A program made the position numbers and the translations under genes. From positions 13,923 through 77,922 of the IMG/VR virus record IMGVR_UViG_3300042345_000884: a DNA stretch of 64,000 bases, one strand, 5' to 3'. This DNA is from a virus. Below the pieces are notes generated by a model, which saw nothing but the letters and a program-made list of their open reading frames with translations, was not told the origin of the DNA and ran no database searches. This document shows, piece after piece, positions 29,159 to 38,853 of this stretch; within the stretch, counting starts at the first letter, position 1; every line of letters starts with the position of its first letter.

Positions 29159-29656
29159 ATGACAATGATAGACATAGGACAATTCCCTAAAATTAACTCT
29201 GCACCGCAAGAGTTCGAGATAACCTGGTACAAAACAAAGTTAATTTATCCTTTTGAATACTCAGAAGGAATCCATTATTTTATCCAAAAAAAACAGGGAT
29301 GGATAGTTGATGAAATCGCTAAATGGGTAAAAGAAACTCATTTTAAGGAAGACTTTCCCTCAGTTATTGACTGGAAGTTAAAAGTAACCTATCAAAGCTT
29401 TAGAGATCGTATTCCGTGGGAGAATCCAAATCATTCATCTATATTAACGTGCAAAAATCGCCAAAATGCCACGTTTAAATTTGCATACATGACAGTATTT
29501 CCAAATACTAATATTGAGTTATATTACGACAGTGATCGTATAGATGAAGTTGACTTTTGTTTATTTGATATAGCCGACCCTTCTAAAACGGAATTAATGC
29601 TTGAAGAAGAATGGGTGTATTTACTTGGCGCCGCATCTTTCTTATTTGGTAGGTAA
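29159..29656 (+). CDS. Diverged paralog of the preceding DUF6876-like protein
   Basis: YPFEYSEGI..F....GWIVDEIA. Confidence 0.55.
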   Translation: MTMIDIGQFPKINSAPQEFEITWYKTKLIYPFEYSEGIHYFIQKKQGWIVDEIAKWVKETHFKEDFPSVIDWKLKVTYQSFRDRIPWENPNHSSILTCKNRQNATFKFAYMTVFPNTNIELYYDSDRIDEVDFCLFDIADPSKTELMLEEEWVYLLGAASFLFGR

Positions 29657-29675
29657 TCAAATGAGGAGTAAAACA

Positions 29676-30092
29676 ATGGAAGAATACATAGAAGAAATCG
29701 AAGAAACAATCGAAGAAGAAATTGAAGAAGATGAAGAAACAATCGAAGAAGAAATTGAAGAATGTATGTCTCCAAGCCATCGTCATTTTTGGCTTTGCTG
29801 GTATCAATTATCTCTTCTAGAGAAAAAGGTCTGTTTTTATTTTCTTTGTGGGTTTGATAACAAAGAAATTGCTAAAAAACTTTTACTAAAAACTGAAATA
29901 GTAAATGATTATACAACGGCAATTTTAAAAAAATTTAATATTTCGACTCAACCTAAGTTTATGTTCTTTTTCTATCAGCATACGGGATGGGATATAGCCA
30001 AAGATATGATTGACGATGACGAAGAAGAACAATGCGCTTTATGGGGTGTTCAAAAATGTCTAATTCCGCCTGGAATATGGAAAAATATGTAG
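29676..30092 (+). CDS. LuxR-type HTH protein with acidic N-terminus
   Basis: LSLLEKKV...GFDNKEIAKKL....V..Y...ILKKFNI. Confidence 0.7.
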   Translation: MEEYIEEIEETIEEEIEEDEETIEEEIEECMSPSHRHFWLCWYQLSLLEKKVCFYFLCGFDNKEIAKKLLLKTEIVNDYTTAILKKFNISTQPKFMFFFYQHTGWDIAKDMIDDDEEEQCALWGVQKCLIPPGIWKNM

Positions 30093-30106
30093 TTTAACGA
30101 AAATCT

Positions 30107-30385
30107 ATGACTAATACTATTGAGAATAAATATATGCCAGATTTTATCTCTCCACCAGGAGAAACCCTTGCCGAAATCCTAAAAGAAAGAAAAATAACTA
30201 GGGCTGAATTTGCTAATCGAATGGGGTTACATAAAAAAACTATCAATCAACTAATAAAAGGTAAAGCAGGAATTACTATTCGTATTGCTTACAAAATGGG
30301 ACTAGCTTTAGGCGTACCTACTGCTCATTTTTGGATAGAGCGCGAAAGACTTTACCGAGAATCTCTAGCAAATCAAATCGATTAG
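30107..30385 (+). CDS. HigA-like antitoxin HTH (orphan)
   Basis: PPGETLAEIL...FANRMG..KKTINQLIKGKAGIT...FW. Confidence 0.85.
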   Translation: MTNTIENKYMPDFISPPGETLAEILKERKITRAEFANRMGLHKKTINQLIKGKAGITIRIAYKMGLALGVPTAHFWIERERLYRESLANQID

Positions 30386-30414
30386 GAAATTTTTACAATT
30401 ATTAACGAGGATTT

Positions 30415-30621
30415 ATGAGCCTGTACCTAATTAAAGATTCAGTCACATCGTTTAGTCTTCTTATCGCAACAAAAGAATCAGAATCAGAATTAAAAGCAGA
30501 AACAGAAGCTATTTGGTATTGGAACAAATATTTTGGGAGTAAAAACAAGAATCCAATCGAAATAGAACGTGTCAATACTCCTGGTATAGTTTGGCATTGT
30601 GGACGGACTACTAGCGACTAA
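30415..30621 (+). CDS. Hypothetical protein
   Basis: 68 aa with GAGG RBS. Confidence 0.5.
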   Translation: MSLYLIKDSVTSFSLLIATKESESELKAETEAIWYWNKYFGSKNKNPIEIERVNTPGIVWHCGRTTSD

Positions 30622-32263
30622 AACCGACCCTAAACCGATTGAGGGGAACAGTATCAATAATCGTGCTAATAACTTCCTCATGTCCCTGAAATTCATTTTC
30701 AAGAGAATAAAAAGCCCCCGATAGACTATCCACGATGTCATTAGTCGGGGGTGTTTTTTTGCTACCATCAAAGCCCTGACAAGCATTTAGGAACCTAGTA
30801 TTCCATGTCCCATCTCTTAAAATAAAGATTTGTCCTCGACTAGCTGCTGTTGCCACGGGTAAAGCCCTAGTAAGTTTATCCCCTTGAGGTGCTATCGCCT
30901 TAATATCATGGTTCGGGTGATTTTCTCTGATAACATTAGTGATCGTATTCTCAACAAATTTACCACTCGATCCCCCTTCCTGTTCCCACCTTACAGCTAC
31001 GGTTCTCCCGTCTAATTCAGCAGTATTTTTAAGCATTAATTCCACTTCCCCGACCTTTTTCTGTTCACAGATATTGTCAGCAATTACATAAGCAAATTCC
31101 TTGATTTCAGTTAAATCTGGCAGTGTATTCTTAATTCTTTGGTATTTATAAACAAGAGTCCCACTGGTGTAACAATGGTAGTTTTCGGCATTTTCTTTAG
31201 CCGTTGCCGCTAAATCCCAGAATCTCACTTTACCTATTAACTTCCAATCATTGGGTACTTTATCGAAAATCTCAAACCAAGTCCGATCAAATACCGTACC
31301 AGCTTCATATTTAACTTTCCAGTTACCTCTGAGAAGTCTTTCACGTTCGATAGGATGTAAAGCGTAAAGGTTAGCCAAATAGGTAGGGTTAACCCTGATT
31401 AAAGCTGGATTATCAAAAATCGTAGCAGGAATAAAAGTAAAACTTTTAATCAGCTTATCTGGTGTAATATTAGTATCTATATTTGATAAAAACTTTTCTC
31501 TTTTATCTTTAGGAATAAGGTCAAAAAGTTCATCTTTAAGACTAAATTTATCAATTAATTCTTCTTTAGTATCAGCCCAGTGGACTGTGTTTTCTCGTCT
31601 AATAAAATATCGAACTATTCCCCCTCTTTCTTCAGTAGCGTACCCAGTTTTAGGATCAATCCACCAAGAGATAAAATTAGCTACCCATGAGTCAGCATCG
31701 GGGTTACAGGTTGCCCTAACGGCTGGTTTAATGCCTGATACCGAACGGTTTCTAGAAAGAAGGTAAAAAAACTGCTCTTCTGTAAAGTGAGTTAATTCGT
31801 CAAAACCTATCCTCGTAATTTGTCCGCCCTGGTAAACATAGACAGTTTTTTCGTATTGTAAATGCCTAAAAGATATTTTTGATCCGAGTGGAAATCGCCA
31901 CCCTGGAGGCTTTTCAATAAAATTACCTTTCACTGCTTGATAAATTTTTTGGCTTTCATCTATTAGTCCACCTGCTTGAGTAAATTCAGGATACGTCCGA
32001 CGAAATATGACAGCCCGATAGTCAGGATTACTAATAAATTCTTGACGGGCAAAATCAATTAATAACCCGGCGCTCTTGCCACTTCCTGCGCCTCCGCCAT
32101 AGAAGATTACATCAGCATCAATTTCCCCAAATAAAGCTTGTTTTCCCTCTTGTAATTGAGGAAAAACAATTTCTTCTTTGGTATTAACAAGTCGATATTT
32201 TTCGGTCGCTGTTTTTATCTTAGATAGATTTTTTAATGATAATTTACTCGCTCTCATCATCAT
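30611..32263 (-). CDS. terL: Terminase large subunit
   Basis: YGGGAGSGKS Walker A, FDELTHF, ATCNP, WDLAA, DIVDS nuclease motifs. Confidence 0.93.
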   Translation of the reverse strand: MMMRASKLSLKNLSKIKTATEKYRLVNTKEEIVFPQLQEGKQALFGEIDADVIFYGGGAGSGKSAGLLIDFARQEFISNPDYRAVIFRRTYPEFTQAGGLIDESQKIYQAVKGNFIEKPPGWRFPLGSKISFRHLQYEKTVYVYQGGQITRIGFDELTHFTEEQFFYLLSRNRSVSGIKPAVRATCNPDADSWVANFISWWIDPKTGYATEERGGIVRYFIRRENTVHWADTKEELIDKFSLKDELFDLIPKDKREKFLSNIDTNITPDKLIKSFTFIPATIFDNPALIRVNPTYLANLYALHPIERERLLRGNWKVKYEAGTVFDRTWFEIFDKVPNDWKLIGKVRFWDLAATAKENAENYHCYTSGTLVYKYQRIKNTLPDLTEIKEFAYVIADNICEQKKVGEVELMLKNTAELDGRTVAVRWEQEGGSSGKFVENTITNVIRENHPNHDIKAIAPQGDKLTRALPVATAASRGQIFILRDGTWNTRFLNACQGFDGSKKTPPTNDIVDSLSGAFYSLENEFQGHEEVISTIIDTVPLNRFRVGFSR

Positions 32264-33011
32264 TATTTATCCTAGTGGGAACCATTACATCATCATCATC
32301 AAATTCGGCACTATTACGAATAATCGAGGTTAGTCCGTCATCGGGCCCCTCCGTATCAGAATGTCCTATAAGCTTTCCGTCAGGGTCAATGACAGCTAAT
32401 CCGTGCTTTTGAACGATATTAATTGCATACTCAATCGTATCAAAACCTAAAACTTTTTCAAAGGTATCGGTTAACGTTTTAGCCATAGTCACCGCGTCTC
32501 TATGGCTCCAATTCCCGTTAGGTTCAATTGTTATAGCAATTGGTCGTCCCGATTCGTCCACAGAATCTATCCGACGGCGAGAAATCGGATAATTGGTCAT
32601 CTGTTCAATTTTTTCAAGGTTTTTTAAAGTAATCTTTAGAGTTCTTTCTCTGACTTCTCGTAAAATACTATCAGTGTAAGCTTGTTGTTCTTGAATCTTC
32701 AAAAGCCAATAGGCTTTCGCTCGCTCTTCCCACCGATAGTTTTTATGGGCTAACTGCCAGTCGTCCGGAACAGTCTTAGCTCGTTTAAATTTAGTCTTCT
32801 CTATCTGTTCCCCAGAAGCTTCCCCGCAGTTACCGTAGGCTCGATTTAAAGTGCGATAGCCTGACGGAATAGGAAGGTAAAAAATCTGAAATCTTTCAAA
32901 CCAGTCAGGGGTTTCTAGTTCTTGCTGTTCCCAGATAGGATACTTGGTAAACTCGATTACCTCTTCATGGATAGAATAAGTGCGTTTTCTGCCTCGATTA
33001 GTTATAACCAT
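32244..33011 (-). CDS. terS: Terminase small subunit (putative)
   Basis: WEQQ..ET...F..F, W.ERA.AY; immediately upstream of terL. Confidence 0.65.
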   Translation of the reverse strand: MVITNRGRKRTYSIHEEVIEFTKYPIWEQQELETPDWFERFQIFYLPIPSGYRTLNRAYGNCGEASGEQIEKTKFKRAKTVPDDWQLAHKNYRWEERAKAYWLLKIQEQQAYTDSILREVRERTLKITLKNLEKIEQMTNYPISRRRIDSVDESGRPIAITIEPNGNWSHRDAVTMAKTLTDTFEKVLGFDTIEYAINIVQKHGLAVIDPDGKLIGHSDTEGPDDGLTSIIRNSAEFDDDDVMVPTRINNDDESE

Positions 33012-33052
33012 TGGTTATTATAGTAGTAGAGTTATTTAATCTTACATCAATC

Positions 33053-33664
33053 ATGACAGATAAATTAGAAATTGAGTATCGACGGCTTTGCGATTTAAAA
33101 CAATTAAAGGGTAATTCCAAAAAACACGCCACTGAAAACACAATAGCTTCAATATTGGAATTGGGATTTAAAGACCCAATTGGCTACGATCCGAGCTTAA
33201 ACGGCGGAAAAGGGGGGATTACTGAGGGTCATGATCGGTGTGCCGCACTATTAGCAATTAAAAAGCGAAAAATAGATCGTCCTAGAGGTATAGATATTGA
33301 CAATGATGGGGAGTGGATGGTTCCTATTTTAGTAGGAGTTCACGCTAAAAATGAGGCTCAAGCTACAAAATACTCGATTATTCACAATCATTCTACGATT
33401 CACGGGGCGGGGCTTGACCTTGCTACAGAATTAAAGCTTTTTGACCCTGACTTACTAATTCATCAAGCTGAATACCTTGATGAAAAAGGGGAAAATTTAG
33501 GAGTAATCGGCGATTTAAATTCAATCCTAGAAGCTTTAAATGCTTCGGATGAAAATTATGATGATTCCCCTGATTTTCAACCAAGCGAAGAAGAACAACC
33601 TCGATTAGATGTCAAAAATCCTACTATTTGTCCTAAATGTGGGCATGAATGGACTAATGGATAA
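33053..33664 (+). CDS. ParB/Srx-like protein with C-terminal Zn ribbon
   Basis: NSKKH...SILELGFKDPI...EGHDR..AL, CPKCGHEW. Confidence 0.75.
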   Translation: MTDKLEIEYRRLCDLKQLKGNSKKHATENTIASILELGFKDPIGYDPSLNGGKGGITEGHDRCAALLAIKKRKIDRPRGIDIDNDGEWMVPILVGVHAKNEAQATKYSIIHNHSTIHGAGLDLATELKLFDPDLLIHQAEYLDEKGENLGVIGDLNSILEALNASDENYDDSPDFQPSEEEQPRLDVKNPTICPKCGHEWTNG

Positions 33665-34289
33665 AGTAGAATTAAAAGTTGCTTTTTGTAGTTATGAAGC
33701 CGCAAAATACGCTTGTCAAAACTATCATTATTCTAAAACTATACCGGCTAGTAAACTTGTTAAAATAGGTGTGTGGGAAAATGAAGAGTTTATCGGTGCT
33801 GTTGTTTTTGGTCTTGGCGCAAATAATAATCTGAGTAAACCGTAAGGTTTACTCAGTCTTGAATGCTGTGAGTTAGTTAGAGTAGCATTAAAGAAACATC
33901 AATCACCTGTTACTCAAATAGTTTCAAAGTCAATTAATTTACTAAAAAATCATTGTGTTGGCTTAAAATTAATTATTTCTTATGCGGACACTGCACAAAA
34001 CCATTTAGGCGTTATTTATCAAGCTGGTAACTGGATATATGTAGGTCGCATGAAGCAACCGACTGAGTATATTTTAAAAGGAAAAAGAATGCACGGACGA
34101 ACCCTTTCTTCTATGGGAGGAGTAAAAAAGTATCCAGAGGCACGAGCAGTAAAAGGATCAAGTAAACACAAATATTTGTATCCTTTAGATAAAAAAACTA
34201 GAAAACAAATCAGCCGTTTATCCCTTCCGTACCCCAAAAAAGATGATGTCAAACAAGCTAAGAAAGTAGATACCCATAGTGACACTTGA
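33657..34289 (+). pseudogene. Mom-family adenine modification (GNAT) gene with one in-frame TAA at 33843-33845
   Basis: HYS, ELVRVAL, ISYAD..QNH.G.IYQAGNW.Y.G and KHKYLY all in one frame across the stop. Confidence 0.85.
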
Positions 34290-34340
34290 TAAACTGTCAC
34301 ACTCCACCAACACTTATCAAAGAAACCGATCTACTATAAA
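34279..34340 (+). promoter_or_regulatory. GTGACA-N10-TGTCAC palindrome/promoter unit (copy 1)
   Basis: GTGACACTTGATAAACTGTCACACTCC, repeated at 34801. Confidence 0.7.
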
Positions 34341-34365
34341 AAAGTAAACAAAACCGAGGTTTCCT

Positions 34366-34716
34366 ATGTTAATTCAATCTTTCGCTAAAGACATTCTCAA
34401 CTACGCTGAGTGGACTACCCGCGTTAAACGGGAAAAAGTCAATCGGCATTTATGCCGTACCTTAGAAAATATGCGAAAAGATGGCGTAATTGACAGTAAG
34501 CAATGGTGTGAGTGGGACGGCATTCTTTACGGGATTGCTATGTATATCCGCACTGGGCGGGCGTCTGTTGAAATTGAAAATAAAGTTGACAGTCTCACCG
34601 GTTACGGGTTTATCAAGCTAATAATTAAGATGTGGCTCGATGGGTGTAATTGTCCTGGCGACGCATGGGATTGGCTTCGTAAAAAAGGACACAACCTTGA
34701 TAAATTAATCAGATAA
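34366..34716 (+). CDS. Hypothetical protein
   Basis: 116 aa with GAGG RBS. Confidence 0.6.
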   Translation: MLIQSFAKDILNYAEWTTRVKREKVNRHLCRTLENMRKDGVIDSKQWCEWDGILYGIAMYIRTGRASVEIENKVDSLTGYGFIKLIIKMWLDGCNCPGDAWDWLRKKGHNLDKLIR

Positions 34717-34800
34717 AATCTAGATTAAAATCGGTCTAACCCCAATGCTTTACTGGCATTGGGGTTATTGTTTTAGGGTATCTTTAGAAGTTAATAGATT

Positions 34801-34860
34801 GTGACACTTGATAAACTGTCACACTCCGCCAACACCTATCGAGAGATTCGATCTATATTA
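34801..34860 (+). promoter_or_regulatory. GTGACA-N10-TGTCAC palindrome/promoter unit (copy 2)
   Basis: 27-bp identity to 34279-34305. Confidence 0.7.
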
Positions 34861-34892
34861 GAAAAGTAAGCAAAACACAAGAGGACAAATCA

Positions 34893-35477
34893 ATGTTTTT
34901 CCCTTCTACTAATCCCATAATTGATCGCATAAATTCCGAAATCTTTTTTGATCGCTCAAAAAACTTTAATCACCGATCTATTGCTTCCCTTGATTCCTAT
35001 CGAGGAAAGGTACTTACTCGAATCAATCTTCTTCTTACTGAAGAAACGCGGCAAGAAATCTGGGACGCTTTTTATTACTGGTGGCAAAAAAACAACGACA
35101 TTGATTACTGGTATTCGTGCCGTGAACAAAAAGATTTTAAAGAAATGGCTGACTGGATTATTGCCAATTTTTGGCGAGAATTACAAATCGAACAAAAACT
35201 AGATATGGAAACATCGGATAAACTTCCAGTTGAAGTTAAAAAAAACGAAAGCGGATATTATACTTTTGGCATTCCTTCCGAAAGTGACTTAGAAGATGCA
35301 ATAAACTGGGTAGAAATTACTGAGTTTCAAGGAAGCGAAAAACAAGTGAAATGGGCAAAAAATATAGCTTTACAACACTTACAAGAGATTGTAAGTGCAT
35401 GGAAAAAAGAAATCGAAATCCCTATTTCTGCTAAGTGGTGGATCGAAAATAGAAACAGTATTGATTTTAGTAATTGA
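34893..35477 (+). CDS. Phage hypothetical protein with GSEKQ..WA...AKWWI domain
   Basis: GSEKQVKWAKNI...SAKWWIENR. Confidence 0.65.
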   Translation: MFFPSTNPIIDRINSEIFFDRSKNFNHRSIASLDSYRGKVLTRINLLLTEETRQEIWDAFYYWWQKNNDIDYWYSCREQKDFKEMADWIIANFWRELQIEQKLDMETSDKLPVEVKKNESGYYTFGIPSESDLEDAINWVEITEFQGSEKQVKWAKNIALQHLQEIVSAWKKEIEIPISAKWWIENRNSIDFSN

Positions 35478-35542
35478 TATTTTCTATTGTAAAGCATTTA
35501 ATTAGTTATCAGTAAAAACAAAACACACGGAGATTACCTATC

Positions 35543-36148
35543 ATGGAAAACTACAACTTTGAAAGCCAAATAGAAGAAACTTCCCGCATAATGCGGGAAT
35601 GGTACGAATCGCTGATCCCAGAAACTTTGCGAAAGCTAGATCGGCAACTAGCAAAATTACCAAAAGGCCAGATCGGATTAATTTTTTTCAAGGATGGCAA
35701 TATTAAAGCTTCCCTTACCACTCCTAAGTATGATCCAGGTATAGTTGATCGACTGAAAAATGCACACTATTTTTATGACAAAAAGCCTGCATGGAATCCT
35801 CAAAAGAAAAGATGGGAAATTGAAATTGATCTTCTTCCCAGGATAGCTTTTGCTTTTCCTGATTTTGAATTATCACCCTCTCTTTTAAGCCGATTTCCTT
35901 CTGTAAAAGAGATTCAAGAAAATGGCACTCGCGCCATTGCTTATATTAATTCTATTATTCAGGAATATGCAAGCGAGCATCTCAGCGAATATTACTTCCA
36001 ATACAATGAAGATCCTGAAAAAAATTATGACACTGCAACAAGAATAATTTTAGGCAAGGCTCCCATCCACGCCGAAGTACAGCCAAAAATTAAAGAATTG
36101 GCCTGGAAAATGGGATTTTCTGAATCAAATTGGGAAAAACCACAATAA
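35543..36148 (+). CDS. Hypothetical protein (possible HARP-like motif)
   Basis: WNPQKKRWEI. Confidence 0.55.
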   Translation: MENYNFESQIEETSRIMREWYESLIPETLRKLDRQLAKLPKGQIGLIFFKDGNIKASLTTPKYDPGIVDRLKNAHYFYDKKPAWNPQKKRWEIEIDLLPRIAFAFPDFELSPSLLSRFPSVKEIQENGTRAIAYINSIIQEYASEHLSEYYFQYNEDPEKNYDTATRIILGKAPIHAEVQPKIKELAWKMGFSESNWEKPQ

Positions 36149-36218
36149 AGTTTTTATCAGTTATCAGTAAAACAAAACACATAAGGAGACAAATCATGAC
36201 TACTACAGAAAACAAAAA

Positions 36219-36464
36219 ATGATTACAGCTAGACAAGCCTACATTTATCTGGTGTGGGCTAGAAACAACAATCTTGACCCAGTGCCTGTAACTTGCCGGC
36301 ATCGGAACTATCGCTTTAAAGTGGCATCAACTACCAAAGAATTAGGGATAGGAAAAGAACGAGTCAGGCAAGTTCTAGTTAAAATTCTCAACTTACTATC
36401 AAAAGGAAAACAAATTGAGGAGGCAACCCAAATAATATTAAGAGAATACGAAAAATTCAATTAA
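36219..36464 (+). CDS. Sigma region-4-like HTH protein
   Basis: ELGIGKERVRQV. Confidence 0.55.
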   Translation: MITARQAYIYLVWARNNNLDPVPVTCRHRNYRFKVASTTKELGIGKERVRQVLVKILNLLSKGKQIEEATQIILREYEKFN

Positions 36465-36465
36465 T

Positions 36466-36495
36466 AAAAACCCGTCAATTGATTGACGGGTTTTT
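36466..36495 (+). terminator. Intrinsic terminator
   Basis: AAAACCCGTCAAT-tg-ATTGACGGGTTTTT. Confidence 0.8.
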
Positions 36496-36504
36496 AGTTA
36501 ATAT

Positions 36505-36590
36505 CGTTAACAGATTGTTAGCAAGGGTATTGACAGTGGAAAGTATTGATATATATAAGTTTTATTGGTTTGTTATCTTTGTTAGCAGGT
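36505..36590. repeat. Degenerate single arm of the repeat family
   Basis: GATTGTTAG...GAAAGTATTGATATATATAAGTTT...TTTGTT. Confidence 0.6.
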
Positions 36591-36669
36591 TCCCTAATTC
36601 TCGTTTTTTCTGTGTCCAGATTCCCCAATACAGAAAATTCTGTATTGGGAGATAATTGATTATTTAAAG

Positions 36670-36714
36670 TGGTACAATACTAATATGCCCCTGCTCTAAA
36701 CAGGGGACTGACCA
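36670..36714 (+). promoter_or_regulatory. Extended -10 plus conserved 5' hairpin (copy 2)
   Basis: TGGTACAAT-N6-ATGCCCCTG..CAGGGGACTGACCA. Confidence 0.75.
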
Positions 36715-36737
36715 CAATTACTACTCTAGAGTAAATC

Positions 36738-37469
36738 ATGGCTAATATTAGTTTACAGGAATTTGATCAAAATAGTGTAAATATTGTCCCGTTTCAGTTT
36801 AACACTCAAGAAATTCGAGTGACCCTGATTGACGGGAATCCGTGGTTTATCGGTAAAGATGTTTGCAATGTACTAGAAGTTAAGGACTCATCTACAGCGT
36901 ATTCTCGGTTAAAGGGCTACGAAAAGCTGACCCGGTTAATAACCGTGTCAGGTCAAAACCGAGAAATGGTAGTCGTTTCAGAGTCTGGACTCTACCGATT
37001 AGTTCTTACTAGCCGTAAGCCTCAATCAGAACCTTTTCAGGATTGGGTAGTACAGGAGGTTCTTCCTTCAATCCGAAAAACTGGAAGTTATTCCGTTTTA
37101 CAGTCAACAGAGAAGCTTGAGTGTCAAGTCGCCCAACTGACCAAAGACAACGAACGGCTAAGAAAACATTGCCTAAACTCAACACTTGCCTCTGTGGGAA
37201 TGATCAATGGGTTGAGAGAGACTCAAGAGTCGTTATTAGAATTAGTTGAGCTTCAAAAAGACAAGATTGCAGAACTTACTCTAGAGATATTGTGCTTAAA
37301 AGACTCAAACGAAATTCAATCGGGTAAGATTGCGAAGCTTTACAGCCGAGTCGCTTTGTTTGAACAAAGACTTCAAGACTACGAAAATATCGGATTAGCT
37401 TTTTCTGAACTGACGGCTAAATGTCAAGCGGAACGAGCGGAAGCAAATAAATACAAAAATCTGATCTAG
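36738..37469 (+). CDS. Bro-N domain antirepressor-like protein
   Basis: PWFIGKDVCNVL, SESGLYRLVLTSRKP...FQDWV..EVLPSIRKTGSY. Confidence 0.92.
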   Translation: MANISLQEFDQNSVNIVPFQFNTQEIRVTLIDGNPWFIGKDVCNVLEVKDSSTAYSRLKGYEKLTRLITVSGQNREMVVVSESGLYRLVLTSRKPQSEPFQDWVVQEVLPSIRKTGSYSVLQSTEKLECQVAQLTKDNERLRKHCLNSTLASVGMINGLRETQESLLELVELQKDKIAELTLEILCLKDSNEIQSGKIAKLYSRVALFEQRLQDYENIGLAFSELTAKCQAERAEANKYKNLI

Positions 37470-37487
37470 TAAAAATACCTAAACCCA

Positions 37488-37518
37488 AATAACCCCTATG
37501 GACTCATAGGGGTTATTT
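37488..37518 (+). terminator. Intrinsic terminator
   Basis: AATAACCCCTATG-gact-CATAGGGGTTATT. Confidence 0.75.
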
Positions 37519-37521
37519 TGC

Positions 37522-37965
37522 TAGTTTGTAATTAGACTGTAGATAAGATGATCAACAATGAAAAGCATTGATATATATAGTTTCTAGACTTTGTTTATAT
37601 TGTTACTCTATTTCCCCGTGTCAGGATTTTTTATCCTTCCTTATTGTCCAGTTCGTTTATCTCTCCCTATCTTTTCTCTCCCCTGTATAGGGCATCGACA
37701 AGATAAACAAACCTCGAAACCTATACCCTGCAAGACTTTCGATTGTAGATAAGGTTATTAACAATCGAATTACAATCTAACAGCCTTACTGCTGACCTTG
37801 CTTGTTTCTTTTGCAGTCTTTTTATTGTCCAGTCTGGTTTATTCTTTTGTTTTTCTTTTTTTCCTCTATAGTCCATCGACATTATCTACAAACCTTAAAA
37901 CCTATACTCTATAAGGCTTTTGATTGTCGATCACCCTATCTACAATCTATCTACAATAATAACGA
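37522..37965. repeat. Three arms of the repeat family (one forward, two reverse)
   Basis: Arms at about 37536-37625, 37690-37780 and 37870-37960, separated by pyrimidine tracts. Confidence 0.8.
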
Positions 37966-37977
37966 GTAAATATACTT

Positions 37978-38040
37978 AGTACAAGCGTTCAGAAATAATT
38001 CTCCCAATCTGTTGACTTTATTGGGAGAATCGGATATATT
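37978..38040 (+). promoter_or_regulatory. 63-bp promoter/operator repeat, copy 2
   Basis: TTCTCCCAA..TTGACT..TTGGGAGAA..TATATT. Confidence 0.85.
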
Positions 38041-38074
38041 AAAGATGTAAGCAAAACACGCAAGGATTAAGACG

Positions 38075-38287
38075 ATGATTCATCTTTACTGGGACAATAA
38101 AGTTGTAGCAAAATTTAAAACTCAAAAAGCGGCTTTTAAAAAAGCGCATGAATATGCAAAAAAAGATAGTCGTCCACTTTGTTTGGTTGATTTTTTTATT
38201 CTAGACACAAAAAATCCTTGCAACCTAGAATTAAACAAGCAGTTTGAAAAGCAATGGTCAGAATACATAATGAGGACACCTATTTAA
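38075..38287 (+). CDS. Hypothetical protein (MIxxYW family)
   Basis: N-terminus shared with the 38468 and 43111 genes. Confidence 0.6.
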   Translation: MIHLYWDNKVVAKFKTQKAAFKKAHEYAKKDSRPLCLVDFFILDTKNPCNLELNKQFEKQWSEYIMRTPI

Positions 38288-38371
38288 AGTAGGCTTCTTA
38301 TAAAATTGCAATTCTTATATTGCTGACTAAGCAATAAAAAAACACTTAACTAAGTTAAGTGTTTTTTTATT

Positions 38372-38434
38372 AGTACAAACGTTCAAAAAAGATTCTCCCA
38401 AATACTTGACTTTATTGGGAGAATGATCCATAAT
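38372..38434 (+). promoter_or_regulatory. 63-bp promoter/operator repeat, copy 3
   Basis: Same motif, -10 CATAAT; preceded by a terminator hairpin at 38335-38368. Confidence 0.85.
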
Positions 38435-38467
38435 AGAAATGTAAACAAAACACACAGAGAAAACAAA

Positions 38468-38725
38468 ATGATCACTGTTTATTGGCAAGGCAACATAGTA
38501 TCGCGGCATCACAGTAAAAGAAAAGCTTTTGAATCTGCCGCACTTCTTTTGAAAAAAAATAATTTTTTTCAAAAATACCTAACACCCAAAGAAGTCACCC
38601 AGTGGCTTAATAGCATTCAATTTACATACGGTTTATGGGTTTCTTGTACAAGCCATCGCGAATTTATTGAGTATTTGCGGGACACATACCCTGCCAATAG
38701 CAAGATACAGTTAGCTTGTGGATAG
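38468..38725 (+). CDS. Hypothetical protein (MIxxYW family)
   Basis: MITVYWQGNIVSRH. Confidence 0.6.
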   Translation: MITVYWQGNIVSRHHSKRKAFESAALLLKKNNFFQKYLTPKEVTQWLNSIQFTYGLWVSCTSHREFIEYLRDTYPANSKIQLACG

Positions 38726-38751
38726 CCTAAAAATAGTAATCAGTTATCAGT

Positions 38752-38814
38752 AGTACAAACGTTCAAAAAAGATTCTCCCATATACTTGACATTTATGGGA
38801 GAATATCGTAAGAT
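38752..38814 (+). promoter_or_regulatory. 63-bp promoter/operator repeat, copy 4
   Basis: TTCTCCCATA..TTGACA..TATGGGAGAA..TAAGAT. Confidence 0.85.
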
Positions 38815-38853
38815 AAATCTAGACACATAATCAAAGTTTCAGGAGTTAAATAA

